From assembly GCA_964589455.1 (NCBI GenBank), contig CAZPTC010000001.1, positions 1 to 43,779 on the forward strand: DNA of 43,779 bases, given 5' to 3'. Shown piece after piece: positions 16,499 to 26,285 of the stretch. Numbering within the stretch: position 1 is the first letter of the stretch; each line of letters opens with the position of its first letter. This DNA comes from an uncultured Desulfovibrionaceae bacterium. GTDB lineage: Bacteria > Desulfobacterota > Desulfovibrionia > Desulfovibrionales > Desulfovibrionaceae. The notes beneath the pieces were generated by a model. The model was not told where the DNA came from. It ran no database searches and saw nothing but the letters and a program-made list of their open reading frames with translations. The position numbers and the translations under genes were made by a program.

Positions 16499-17266
16499 TT
16501 AGCGCCGCTTTTTCTGCACCACTTCTGTGGCTAAGTCTAAATACGCTTCTGCACCTTTAGACTTTATATCATAATGTAAAATAGATTTCCCGTGGCTTGG
16601 CGCTTCAGAAAGGCGCACATTGCGTGGGATAATGGTTTTGAATAAATCTTGCGGGAAATAGCGTTCTGCCTCGCTTTTTACCTGACGTGCCAGTTTATTG
16701 CGCGCGTCGTACATGGTAAGCACAACGCCAAGCAGCTCAATTTCCGGATTAAGGCGCTTTTTCACTTGTTCGTAAGTATGTAAAAGCTTAACAATGCCTT
16801 CCAGCGCAAAAAACTCGCACTGTAGGGGAATAAGTAATTCTTTGGCGGCGCATAAGGCATTAAGGGTAATAAGGCCTAAGGAGGGGGGGCAGTCTAAAAT
16901 AATAAAATCGTATTCATTATGTAAAGGCTTAAGTAAATCTGCCAGAAAAAACTCCCGCGCCATTTTATCCACAAGCTCAAGTTCTAATGCCACAAGATCA
17001 GAGGTAGAAGGCAGCAGCGCCAAAAAAGGTGTAGCAGTTGGCAAAAGGGCATTGGTTACATCATCTGGGTTACAGAAAGATGTGTACAGGTTTTTTTTAA
17101 TGCTTTCCTGGTCAAAGCCAAGCGCACTGGTGGAGTTTGCCTGTGGGTCACAGTCTACAAGCAGCACCTTATTTTCCATAATAGCAAGCGATGCCGCAAG
17201 GTTGACAGAGGTTGTGGTTTTCCCAACCCCGCCTTTTTGGTTTGCGATAGCGATTATCCGTGGCAT
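16499..17266 (-). CDS. parA: Chromosome partitioning ATPase ParA/Soj
   Basis: [16 protein letters not shown] deviant Walker A. Start taken at MPRIIAI (17266); the track start is 17305. Confidence 0.92.
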   Translation of the reverse strand: MPRIIAIANQKGGVGKTTTSVNLAASLAIMENKVLLVDCDPQANSTSALGFDQESIKKNLYTSFCNPDDVTNALLPTATPFLALLPSTSDLVALELELVDKMAREFFLADLLKPLHNEYDFIILDCPPSLGLITLNALCAAKELLIPLQCEFFALEGIVKLLHTYEQVKKRLNPEIELLGVVLTMYDARNKLARQVKSEAERYFPQDLFKTIIPRNVRLSEAPSHGKSILHYDIKSKGAEAYLDLATEVVQKKRR

Positions 17267-17408
17267 ACGGCTACCCCTTTGCGGCATTTGCATAGCATAA
17301 TGCACCAGCTTTCCTTTGCCGCTTGCATATTTCTATAAAAAAATATCCACCTTGGCAAGGCATATTCTGCCATGTTTCCCGTGAAACATGGCAGGCACTT
17401 TGGGTATG

Positions 17409-17453
17409 AAAAAACCCCGCAAGTATTCTCAATAAAGAAAATGCGGGGAAAAA
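17409..17453 (-). terminator. Intrinsic terminator after the histidine kinase gene
   Basis: On the minus strand, CCCCGCA ... TGCGGGG is followed by TTTTTT. Confidence 0.55.
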
Positions 17454-17482
17454 CCATAGCCAGAGCAGAGCAAGACAAAGGA

Positions 17483-18931
17483 TTATTCTTTTTCTCTGGA
17501 AAAGGTAACACTGGCGCAAAGGCCACCTTCCGGCCTGTTTGTCAGGCGCATTTCTGCCTCTAAAGCGCGCGCCATACTGCGTGCAATAGAAAGCCCAAGG
17601 CCTGTGCCACCCGTGCTTTTACAGCGGGAAGGCTCCATCCGGAAAAAGGGTTCGCACACTCTTGCCATCATATTTTCCGGTATGCCGGGGCCTGTGTCCA
17701 TAATGGCAATGGTAAGGCTTTGCGGGCTGTCTATAATGGCTATGCGCGCGCAATTACCATAGCGCACTGCATTATCTACCAGGTTGTCTATGCAGCGCTT
17801 AAGGCAAAGCGGCAGGGTTTTAAGGGGCTTAACATCCAAGTCTTCCGGGTTATCCAAAAGCTCTACATCCTGCCCCATGTCCTGCCTGTCATCCTGTATA
17901 CTTTCCAACAGGGCAACAATATTAACAAAGGCCATGTTTTCCGGGGAGGTGGCGCGCGCAAGGTCTATGGCTGTGTCTAAAAGCGTGGTTATTTCATCCA
18001 TATCCCGCTGAAGAGCCGCACTTGTGCTTTCTTCAAGGGTGTCTATTGAACCAAGGCGCAGGCCAAGGCGCGTAAGCGGGGTGCGTATATCGTGCGAAAC
18101 AGCGGCCAGCGTGCGGCTTTTTTCATCCACAAATTCGCGTATGCGAAGCTGCATAAGGTTAAAGGTGTGGGCCACTTCCTTTAATTCCCGTGGGCCTTTT
18201 TCTGGCATGGGCGGGGCACCTGCCATGTCATGCCCAAAACTTTCCAGCGCTTTGGAAAGTGTGCGCAGTGGCTTAACTATACGGTACACCGCAAAAAGAC
18301 TTAACAGCGCACAGGCCATAATGCCCACAAGCCCCCAGAAAAAAGGAAAAGCCGGGATAAGCGGGAAATTTTTAGAGCTGTCTACAAACAGCACCCACTT
18401 ACCGCTGCTAAGCGGCATGGCCACATAGGCGTGGTAAGAATTATGGTTGGTTATGGGCTTACCTGTAAATTTGGCAAGGGAATTTTGTATTTCATCCATC
18501 ATGCTGGAGAGCAAAAGATTATCGACTTTGACCAAAATATCTTCTGGGGCAATATTAAGTTTGGCGTATTTTACTGCCTGCATAAGAAAAGAATGAAAAA
18601 TTTGATCCGGCGGGTTAAATCCCGTTTCAATATCTGGCTTTTCTGGCAATATGCTAATTTTAAAGCCTTTATCTGCCATTTTTTCAAGAAAAATGTGCTG
18701 CCCAGATGGGGTTTCTACAGAGTCCAGCAGCATGACCATATCTGCCATAAGCCTGGCCCTGTCTCCCACAAGGGAACGCAAAAGATAATATTCCCGCGAG
18801 GCAGAAAAGTGGCCTATGCCAATAAGCTGCAAAGCAATAAGCCCGCTTGTGAACACAAGCAAAAGCTGCCCAAAAATAGTTTGGGGGACAAGCCTTTTAT
18901 AGAAAGGCATTTTTTCTTTTGTGCTTGCCAT
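17483..18931 (-). CDS. Sensor histidine kinase (EnvZ-like; 2 TM, HAMP, HisKA, HATPase_c)
   Basis: H-box AAVSHDIRTPLTRL, N-box DNAVRY, G-box GTGLGLSIARS. Confidence 0.88.
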   Translation of the reverse strand: MASTKEKMPFYKRLVPQTIFGQLLLVFTSGLIALQLIGIGHFSASREYYLLRSLVGDRARLMADMVMLLDSVETPSGQHIFLEKMADKGFKISILPEKPDIETGFNPPDQIFHSFLMQAVKYAKLNIAPEDILVKVDNLLLSSMMDEIQNSLAKFTGKPITNHNSYHAYVAMPLSSGKWVLFVDSSKNFPLIPAFPFFWGLVGIMACALLSLFAVYRIVKPLRTLSKALESFGHDMAGAPPMPEKGPRELKEVAHTFNLMQLRIREFVDEKSRTLAAVSHDIRTPLTRLGLRLGSIDTLEESTSAALQRDMDEITTLLDTAIDLARATSPENMAFVNIVALLESIQDDRQDMGQDVELLDNPEDLDVKPLKTLPLCLKRCIDNLVDNAVRYGNCARIAIIDSPQSLTIAIMDTGPGIPENMMARVCEPFFRMEPSRCKSTGGTGLGLSIARSMARALEAEMRLTNRPEGGLCASVTFSREKE

Positions 18932-18934
18932 ACG

Positions 18935-19696
18935 CTAATACGTTGTTACATCTGCAGAAAATACATAACCATCGCCACGCACGGTTTTAATAAGCCTGGC
19001 TTCTCGCCCATTGTCTTTAAGCTTACTGCGCAAACGGCATATTTGCACATCCAGACTACGGTCAAAGGGGCTGCGGTCTATAAGACCCATAGAAGGGGCT
19101 TCTTGCAGAAAATCGCGGCTCAGTACCTCTGTGGGGTGCTCTAAAAAAAGGCGCAAAAGCCGAAATTCCGCCCCACTCAAATTCACAATAACACTGTCCG
19201 GGTCGCGCAAATGGCGCTCAGTCAAATGCAGTTCCCAGCCGTTAAAACTATATATTGTAGACGCATTTTGGGGTACAGTTGCGCTTTCTTCCCTTGGCTC
19301 TGAACGGCGCAGCACAGCGCGTATACGCGCCAGTAATTCACGCGGTTGGAATGGCTTGACAATATAGTCATCTGCGCCTAATTCCAAACCCGTAACCTTG
19401 TCTTGCGACTCCCCAAGTGCTGTAAGAAAAATAAGCGGCACTTTGGAAAATGACCTGAGCTTTCTGCCCAGGGCGCGGCCATCTTCACCAGGCAGCATAA
19501 TATCCAGCACAACTAAAGAATATACATGCTGCGGCAGCAGGGCAAACATTTCTTCCCCATTCGCTGCTTTATGGACAAGAAAGTTGTGCCGCTCCAGATA
19601 CGCAGCAAGAAGATCGCGGATTTCCTGGTCGTCATCCACCACAAGAAGCAGCTCTTTACTGTTTTCCCTGTTTGTCTCCATATTTACACCAACCAT
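18935..19696 (-). CDS. OmpR-family response regulator
   Basis: Receiver (LLVVDDDQEIRD ... DIMLPGEDG) plus a winged-helix output domain (...VRGDGYVF). The stop lies 3 nt before the kinase start. ATG 19681 is an alternative start. Confidence 0.9.
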   Translation of the reverse strand: MVGVNMETNRENSKELLLVVDDDQEIRDLLAAYLERHNFLVHKAANGEEMFALLPQHVYSLVVLDIMLPGEDGRALGRKLRSFSKVPLIFLTALGESQDKVTGLELGADDYIVKPFQPRELLARIRAVLRRSEPREESATVPQNASTIYSFNGWELHLTERHLRDPDSVIVNLSGAEFRLLRLFLEHPTEVLSRDFLQEAPSMGLIDRSPFDRSLDVQICRLRSKLKDNGREARLIKTVRGDGYVFSADVTTY

Positions 19697-19777
19697 GTAT
19701 TGTTTTTATTTATGTAAAGCAGAAAGTACATTTTTACCAGACGTTCCGTGTAACAAAGTATAACTAGGCAGCACAAT

Positions 19778-21223
19778 ATGCATATTTTGCCTGTTTTTTC
19801 CGTGCTTGGGGCCCTTATGGCCTGCCTTGGCCTGAGCCTGCTTTTCCCTTTAGGCGTGGCTGCATGGTACGGAGAATACGCCCTTGTATGGCATTTTGCC
19901 ACTCTTACGGCTATTACCTTTGCACTTGGCACAGCGGCTTTTCTTTTATTGCGGCCTAAAGCCGGTTTTTCTATGGGTAACAGAGAAGGCGTGGCTATTG
20001 TGGGTCTGGCCTGGTTTCTTGCAGGTATTGTGGGGGCACTGCCGTATATGGCGGGGGCTTCCCTTTCTTTTCCAGACGCATTTTTTGAGGCGGTTTCTGG
20101 CTTTACCACAACAGGTGCCAGTATTTTGACAAATATAGAGGCAACACCCAAGGGCCTGCTTTTTTGGCGCAGCCAAACCCAATGGATGGGCGGGGTGGGT
20201 ATTATTGTGTTTTCCCTTGCCCTGCTGCCCTTTCTTGGGGCTGGCGGTATGCAGCTTTACAAAGCAGAAGTGACAGGCCCTGTAAAAGACAAATTTGCCC
20301 CCCGCATGAAGGATATTGCCCGCTCCCTGTGGCTTGTGTACCTTGTGCTTACCTTTGTGCTTGTCTTGCTTTTACTTTTTGGCGGCATGGGCCTGTTTGA
20401 CGCGGTTAACCATGCCTTTACCACTATGGCTACTGGCGGCTTTTCCACCAAAAACGCCTCGATAGCCGCGTTTAACTCCCCCTTCATAGAATGGGTTATC
20501 ACACTTTTTATGTTTCTGGCAGGTATTAACTTTGGCCTTTATTTTTTACTGATAAGGCGGGATACCAGCCTTTTCCGCAGTACAGAAACCCGTGCGTATA
20601 CCCTGCTTACCCTTTTAGGGGGCTTTAGCATTGCCATACTGCTTGTTGCAAATGGTACTGGCGTAGAAAAAGCCCTACGCGATGCCTTTTTTCAGGTTGT
20701 TTCCCTTGGCACCACAACGGGCTTTGCCACGGCAGACTACCTGCTTTGGCCCATGCTTAGCCAGGGTATTCTGTTATTTTTTCTGGTTATGGGCTCCTGC
20801 GCAGGCTCCACTGCCGGGGGCTTTAAAGTGATGCGCGTTGTGATACTTGTGCGCATGGCTCTAATAGAGCTAAAACGCCTTGTACACCCTAATATGGTAG
20901 ACCGCGTGCGCATGGATAAAAACTCCGTACGGCCAGAAGTGGTTAACGGTGTTGTGGCCTTTGCGGTACTTTTTATTCTTGCGCTCTTAGCAGGCGGCCT
21001 TTTTGTCATGGCCTTTGGGCATGACTTTACCACATCCTTTTCCGCAGCCGCCACGGCCCTTTCTAATGTTGGCCCCGGCTTTGGCGCAGTTGGCCCCATG
21101 TTTAATTTTGCGTTTTTTGAAGACCCCGTAAAAATTGTTCTCAGCCTGCTTATGCTGCTTGGCAGGCTGGAAATTTTCACCATTCTTTTGCTGTTTATGC
21201 CCATGTTCTGGAAAAACAGTTGA
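19778..21223 (+). CDS. trkH: TrkH/KtrB family potassium uptake protein
   Basis: 481 aa, polytopic, with repeated selectivity-filter-like TTTG/TGGFST motifs. Confidence 0.88.
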   Translation: MHILPVFSVLGALMACLGLSLLFPLGVAAWYGEYALVWHFATLTAITFALGTAAFLLLRPKAGFSMGNREGVAIVGLAWFLAGIVGALPYMAGASLSFPDAFFEAVSGFTTTGASILTNIEATPKGLLFWRSQTQWMGGVGIIVFSLALLPFLGAGGMQLYKAEVTGPVKDKFAPRMKDIARSLWLVYLVLTFVLVLLLLFGGMGLFDAVNHAFTTMATGGFSTKNASIAAFNSPFIEWVITLFMFLAGINFGLYFLLIRRDTSLFRSTETRAYTLLTLLGGFSIAILLVANGTGVEKALRDAFFQVVSLGTTTGFATADYLLWPMLSQGILLFFLVMGSCAGSTAGGFKVMRVVILVRMALIELKRLVHPNMVDRVRMDKNSVRPEVVNGVVAFAVLFILALLAGGLFVMAFGHDFTTSFSAAATALSNVGPGFGAVGPMFNFAFFEDPVKIVLSLLMLLGRLEIFTILLLFMPMFWKNS

Positions 21224-21234
21224 CCAGTTTTACC

Positions 21235-22422
21235 TTACCCAAGCCCCTGCAAAAGTTCACGCGCTTCCTGCTGTGTCATATACACAGGCACTACGTAGGA
21301 GGTATTGGCCTCTGCAAAGGCCGCCTGTATAATGCCTGGCATATCTTCCTCTTGCAGTTCCGCAAAATTTTTGCGTAAACCCAAAGCATCGCGCAAATTG
21401 CGCAATTCATGCGTAAATGCTTGTGCCGCCTCTTCTTCGCCCATGCCAGTTTCCCATAAGCCAAGGCGCTCTGCCGCTTTTGCAAACCACTGCTGCGCTG
21501 GCTTCAGGTTATATTCCGCAATAGCAGGCAGCAAAGCCGCCATACACTGCCCGTGCGGTATATGGTAAAGCCCCCCAATTTTATGCCCAAACGCATGGCA
21601 ATACCCTATTGCCAGGTTATTCATAAGCGCCCCAGACCTGTGCGCCGCGTAGGCCATTTTTCTGCGGGCGCTTATATCCTGCCCATCTGCATAGACCCTT
21701 GGTAAATTTTGAAAAATAGTGGCTATATTTTCTATGGCCTCTTCTTTTGCAGCAGGCTTTTTCACGCGGGAAATCAGGCCTTCTACCAAGTGACTGAGAG
21801 CATCAAAGCCTGTCTGCGCGGTGATAGAGGGGGGCAAATTTACCGTCATACGCGCATCCAAAGCCACAGCTTCTGGCATAAAGCCACGGCCCATAAGCAC
21901 GTTTTTCCGCCCGTCATCATCTGTCAGCACCACCCCGGCACTGGATTCTGCCCCTGTGCCCGCTGTTGTAGGCACCATATACAAGCTTGTTTTACCCGGC
22001 AAAAGCAAGTTTATCCCCACATGCTTTGCAAACGAAAACTTGGGATTTTTATGCAATAAAGCTATAGCCTTGGCTGCATCCAGTACGGAACCGCCCCCAA
22101 GCGCAAAAATGCCCTGGGCAGAACATTCCCTGGCTTTTTGCGCCCCTTGCCTTATAAGCGCGTAGTCTGGCTCTGCCGTTACAGCATCAAATAACGTATA
22201 CGCTATGCCATATTCCCCAAAGGCTCTGGCGCAAGGCTCAAACAGGCCTTTTTCCACAATGCCTTTATCTGTCACCACCAGCACATTCTGGTGGGTATTT
22301 TTCCGCATGAGGGCCGCAAGTTGCTCCAGCGCCTTCTCTCCCTGCGTTACTTCTTGTTTCGGGAACACCATTTTCCCCAGCGCAAACGCCACAACGTCCA
22401 TACGCCGTGCATACCAAGACAT
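21235..22422 (-). CDS. Iron-containing (group III) alcohol dehydrogenase
   Basis: GGGSVLDAAKAIA motif and conserved His cluster (HAFGHKIGGLYHIPHG). Confidence 0.85.
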   Translation of the reverse strand: MSWYARRMDVVAFALGKMVFPKQEVTQGEKALEQLAALMRKNTHQNVLVVTDKGIVEKGLFEPCARAFGEYGIAYTLFDAVTAEPDYALIRQGAQKARECSAQGIFALGGGSVLDAAKAIALLHKNPKFSFAKHVGINLLLPGKTSLYMVPTTAGTGAESSAGVVLTDDDGRKNVLMGRGFMPEAVALDARMTVNLPPSITAQTGFDALSHLVEGLISRVKKPAAKEEAIENIATIFQNLPRVYADGQDISARRKMAYAAHRSGALMNNLAIGYCHAFGHKIGGLYHIPHGQCMAALLPAIAEYNLKPAQQWFAKAAERLGLWETGMGEEEAAQAFTHELRNLRDALGLRKNFAELQEEDMPGIIQAAFAEANTSYVVPVYMTQQEARELLQGLG

Positions 22423-22561
22423 ACCTGCCCTCTCCTATATATTTTTTCCCTTGTAAACATTCTGGACAAAATCTGCAAGAAATAAAGCACATGCCAACCT
22501 CTTCCCTTTTGTTTGCTTCTTCTTTATACTGATGCCAGAAAAAACGCTCTGCGAGGTTATT

Positions 22562-23734
22562 ATGCGATTTGCCCAGAAACTCTCCACTTTTGGCGCGTCT
22601 GCCACCCTTGCCGTTAACGCAAAAACCCTTGAGCTGAAAGCCCAGGGTATGGACGTTATCAGCCTTGCTGTTGGTGAACCAGATTTCCCCACGCCTCCCC
22701 ATATCCAAGAAGCGGCCAGGCAAGCCATTACAGACAACTTTTCCAAGTACACCCCTGTTGAGGGTATCCCAGAACTCAGGCGCGCCGTTGCCACATACTT
22801 CCACCGCGTATACGGTGTTGACGCCAAAATGGAAAACACCATTATCTGCAATGGTGGCAAGCAATCGCTTTTTCAAGTTATGACAGCCCTTTTAGACCCG
22901 GGCGATGAAGTTATTATCCCCACCCCCTACTGGACTAGCTACCCGGATATGGTGTACCTGGCAGGCGCTATCCCTGTATTTGTGCCTTCCCCCGCTTCAG
23001 AAGGCTTCCGTATTTCCCCCAAAGACCTTGACAGCGCCCTTTCTCCCCGCAGCAAAATGCTCCTTCTCAATTCCCCCTCAAACCCCACAGGCGTTACCTA
23101 CACCCAGAGCGAACTGGATGCCCTCTTAGAATGGGCCAAAGCCAACCATGTTTTTGTTATTTCAGACGAAATTTACGACCAGCTTGTATACCCACCCGCC
23201 AAAGCCGCCAGTGCCTCCATTTGGTGGCAAAAAAACCAGGAACACGTTGCCATTACCAATGGCCTTTCTAAAGCCTTTGCCATGACAGGCTGGCGCATTG
23301 GCTACACCCTTGCCCACCCAGACCTTATTAAAGAAATGGGCAAAATTCAGGGGCAAACCACCTCCAACATTTGCTCCATTGCCCAAAAAGCCGCCTTGGA
23401 AGCCCTTAACAGCCCCTACACCTGCGTGGATGAAATGCGCAAAGCCTTCCAAAAACGCCGCGACTACGCCCACGCCAAAATTTCTTCATGGAAAGGCATT
23501 ATCTGTCCTAAACCAGAAGGCGCCTTTTACCTGTTCCCCGATGTTTCTGCCCTGTTTACCCCCGAAATACCTGACGCCTCTACCATGTGTACCCATATCC
23601 TTGAAAAAGCCCAAGTGGCCCTTATGCCAGGCGAAGCCTTTGGTAATAAAAACTGCCTGCGCTTCTCCTACGCTGTGGCAGACGACGTGCTGGCCAAAGC
23701 CCTTGACGCTGTGGAAAAAGCCTTGTTTGGGTAG
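22562..23734 (+). CDS. aspC: Aspartate/aromatic aminotransferase (class I PLP)
   Basis: LAVGEPDFPTP, NSPSNPTG, SKAFAMTGWRIGY (PLP-Lys). Start taken at MRFAQK after GAGG; the track start is 22532. Confidence 0.88.
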   Translation: MRFAQKLSTFGASATLAVNAKTLELKAQGMDVISLAVGEPDFPTPPHIQEAARQAITDNFSKYTPVEGIPELRRAVATYFHRVYGVDAKMENTIICNGGKQSLFQVMTALLDPGDEVIIPTPYWTSYPDMVYLAGAIPVFVPSPASEGFRISPKDLDSALSPRSKMLLLNSPSNPTGVTYTQSELDALLEWAKANHVFVISDEIYDQLVYPPAKAASASIWWQKNQEHVAITNGLSKAFAMTGWRIGYTLAHPDLIKEMGKIQGQTTSNICSIAQKAALEALNSPYTCVDEMRKAFQKRRDYAHAKISSWKGIICPKPEGAFYLFPDVSALFTPEIPDASTMCTHILEKAQVALMPGEAFGNKNCLRFSYAVADDVLAKALDAVEKALFG

Positions 23735-23751
23735 GGAGATGAGGGTGAGCT

Positions 23752-23803
23752 GGGGGAAAGGGAAACCCTTTTTTGTGGACAAAAAAGGGTTTCCCCTTCC
23801 CCC
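23752..23803. repeat. Long G/C-rich palindrome with 23-bp arms
   Basis: GGGGGAAAGGGAAACCCTTTTTT, loop GTGGAC, AAAAAAGGGTTTCCCCTTCCCCC, one mismatch. It begins 18 nt after the aminotransferase stop. Confidence 0.8.
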
Positions 23804-23934
23804 AGACCCCCTTCCCCTTCCCAAAAAAAACTTTTTATATTGGCATATAGCTTAACTGAACTTTCTCCATTTTACCCATACTTTTGACCACAGGAAAACT
23901 CTAAAAAGTCACCCACTACCCCAATCAAGGGGGT

Positions 23935-24023
23935 GTGGGGGAAATTATTTCCCCCACTAAAAAAATTTGGGGGCAAAGCCCCCAAAAAAATAATCCACGG
24001 GGGTCTGGGGGCGAAGCCCCCAG
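23935..24023. repeat. Three consecutive G5/C5 hairpins upstream of pgi
   Basis: GTGGGGGAAAT-T-ATTTCCCCCAC (23935-57), TTTGGGGGC-AAA-GCCCCCAAA (23966-86), CTGGGGGC-GAA-GCCCCCAG (24005-23), separated by A-runs. Confidence 0.8.
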
Positions 24024-24043
24024 TAGCCGTCAAGGAGTTCTCT

Positions 24044-25342
24044 ATGACCATAGACTGGACATACGCGCAAAATGTGGCAATGGCAGAAGCAGGGCCTTAT
24101 GTTCGCCGGCTTGAGGAAGAGAGGGCGGTTCTGCCGTTTTTGTCCTTACCTTTTGCAGAAGAGCTGACAAAGGAGCTGGAGGGTTTAGAGGGGCACCTGC
24201 GAAAATTTGAGCACATGCTGGTACTTGGCATAGGGGGTTCTGCGCTTGGTGCGCGGGCTTTGCAGAAATCTTTTTTCCCGCAGCAGGACAGGCCGGGGCA
24301 TAAAGGCCCGTGGCTGTGGATAGCGGACAATGTAGACGGAGTGGGCTTTGCGGCTACGCTTGCTGGTTTACCGGTGGATAAAACGCTGGTGGTGGCCATA
24401 AGCAAGTCTGGCGGCACTATTGAGACAGTAGCGCAGTATTTTTTGGCATTGGAATGGCTGAAAAAAGGCGCAAAAAACTGGCAGGAGCATGTGCTGCTGG
24501 TAACAGATACAAAAAAGGGCTTTTTGCGGGAAGAGGCAGATACGCATAGCCTGAGGACGCTGGAAGTGCCGGATAATCTGGGCGGCAGGTATTCTGTTTT
24601 GTCTGCTGTGGGACTTGTACCGGCTGTATTTATGGGCATGGACTGGAAGGCACTTCTCAAGGGCGCAATAGATATGGGGCGACCACTGGCAGAAAACCCC
24701 TCAAAGCTGGGGGAACACCCGGCATGGAAAATGGCAAACTGGGCGCATAATTTTGAAAAGGCGGGGAAAGACCAGCTTATTTTCTTTAGCTATGAACCAG
24801 CTTGGGCCATGTTTGGCCCGTGGTTCTGCCAGTTGTGGGCAGAAAGCCTGGGCAAAGAAGGCAAGGGCACCATGCCATTGCCAGCCGTAGGGGTAACAGA
24901 CCAGCATTCTCTTTTGCAAATGTTTTTAGATGGTCCCAAGAACAAAGCGTGTTTGTTTTTAACAACAAAAGAAGGGCAGGAAGGGTTAACACTGCCAACA
25001 AAGCTGCCAGAACCGTGGGGCTGGCTGCAAAGTACCACATTGTATAATATTTTAAAGGCGGAAACCCTTGCCACACGGATGAACCTTTGCGAAAAAGGGG
25101 TAGATGTGGTGGCACTTGAAATGCAAAAGCCAGACGCTTACGAGGCTGGGCGGCTTATTATGCTACTGGAAGCCATGACAGTGTTTACAGGCTGGCTTAT
25201 GGGCATAAACCCCATTGACCAGCCAGCAGTAGAAGAAGGCAAGCGCCTTGCCTATGCCAAACTTGGCGCACCCGGAAGAGAAGAAGAAGGGAAGCGCTTG
25301 GCGGCATTTTTAGGGAAGGGAAAGAAGGAAGAAAGGGTGTAA
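24044..25342 (+). CDS. pgi: Glucose-6-phosphate isomerase (short bacterial type)
   Basis: GIGGSALG and SKSGGTIET motifs. AAGGAG at 24032-24037 precedes ATG 24044. The track start at 23933 would translate the hairpin repeats. Confidence 0.88.
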   Translation: MTIDWTYAQNVAMAEAGPYVRRLEEERAVLPFLSLPFAEELTKELEGLEGHLRKFEHMLVLGIGGSALGARALQKSFFPQQDRPGHKGPWLWIADNVDGVGFAATLAGLPVDKTLVVAISKSGGTIETVAQYFLALEWLKKGAKNWQEHVLLVTDTKKGFLREEADTHSLRTLEVPDNLGGRYSVLSAVGLVPAVFMGMDWKALLKGAIDMGRPLAENPSKLGEHPAWKMANWAHNFEKAGKDQLIFFSYEPAWAMFGPWFCQLWAESLGKEGKGTMPLPAVGVTDQHSLLQMFLDGPKNKACLFLTTKEGQEGLTLPTKLPEPWGWLQSTTLYNILKAETLATRMNLCEKGVDVVALEMQKPDAYEAGRLIMLLEAMTVFTGWLMGINPIDQPAVEEGKRLAYAKLGAPGREEEGKRLAAFLGKGKKEERV

Positions 25343-25358
25343 GGGAGCAGGGGAAAAA

Positions 25359-26231
25359 ATGTCAGATATTATAGCGGATACGATCCATATTGCATTTGCG
25401 CTGCATGACCCAAGTGGTACATACGCCCAACATGTTGGTGCAAGTCTTTGTTCTGTATGCGCAAATACTAATTGGCCACTTGTTGCCCATATTCTGCACG
25501 ATAATACCCTAACGCAGGAAAATGCGGAAAAACTTGCCCAAACAGCCTACCAGTTTAACAAAGAAGTGTATTTTTATAATCTTCAAGGGGTGCTGGAGCA
25601 GTTACCATTAGCGCAACATGAAAGCCTTGCTGTTTTTTCTCCTGCAACAATAAGCCGGCTTTTTCTGCCTGACATTTTAAGTGATGTTACAAAAATAATT
25701 TATATGGATGGAGATACTATAGCAGATCTAGATATTGCAGAGCTTTGGCTGCAAGACTTAGCAGGAAATGCACTTGCAGCAGTGCCAGACCTTGGTGTGC
25801 TGCGTGCGCGGTATATTGTACCGCGTGATCCAACTTTTGACACTTGGGCAACAATGGCACTTGCCATTTGGCAATCAGTTGGCATACCACTTGAAAACTA
25901 TTTTAATGCCGGTGTACTTTTATTGGATATAGAACAACTCAGAACCTCAGGCCTTTTCAGACAAACCCTTTCAGTACTTACAAACAATGCGCATTTTCCA
26001 TGCCCAGATCAAGATGCGTTAAATGCTGTATTTGCCAATAACTATACGCTGTTGCCATTTAGGTACAATGTGCTTATGGCATTTTCTCCCCTTGCGCCTG
26101 CCCCTGCCATTTGGCATTACAACTCACAAAAACCTTGGGATTCCTATCAAGTGGCACGGCAAGAGCGCTATATGTTTTATTATGCGCAAACGCCGTGGGC
26201 AAATAGAGGACAAGAAGACATAGGCTTTTAA
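25359..26231 (+). CDS. Glycosyltransferase family 8 (LPS/LOS glycosyltransferase-like)
   Basis: IIYMDGDTIA (DxD), FNAGVLLLD, and the PDQDALN motif typical of GT8. Confidence 0.8.
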   Translation: MSDIIADTIHIAFALHDPSGTYAQHVGASLCSVCANTNWPLVAHILHDNTLTQENAEKLAQTAYQFNKEVYFYNLQGVLEQLPLAQHESLAVFSPATISRLFLPDILSDVTKIIYMDGDTIADLDIAELWLQDLAGNALAAVPDLGVLRARYIVPRDPTFDTWATMALAIWQSVGIPLENYFNAGVLLLDIEQLRTSGLFRQTLSVLTNNAHFPCPDQDALNAVFANNYTLLPFRYNVLMAFSPLAPAPAIWHYNSQKPWDSYQVARQERYMFYYAQTPWANRGQEDIGF

Positions 26232-26285
26232 AAACAAGTTTTATTACAATGTAAAACCTATAACGCATTTACCAGGAAAGTGATT

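Noticed and set aside
23935-24023. Possible CRISPR-like array of three short G/C hairpins
   Set aside because: The repeats are palindromic and differ from each other. The spacers are A-runs of unequal length, there are only three units, and no cas genes are present. REP-like elements fit better.
26153-26168. TGGCACG-GCAA-GAGCG inside the GT8 gene, about 120 nt upstream of the methyltransferase gene
   Set aside because: The -12 element is poor, the site is intragenic, and no independent support exists.
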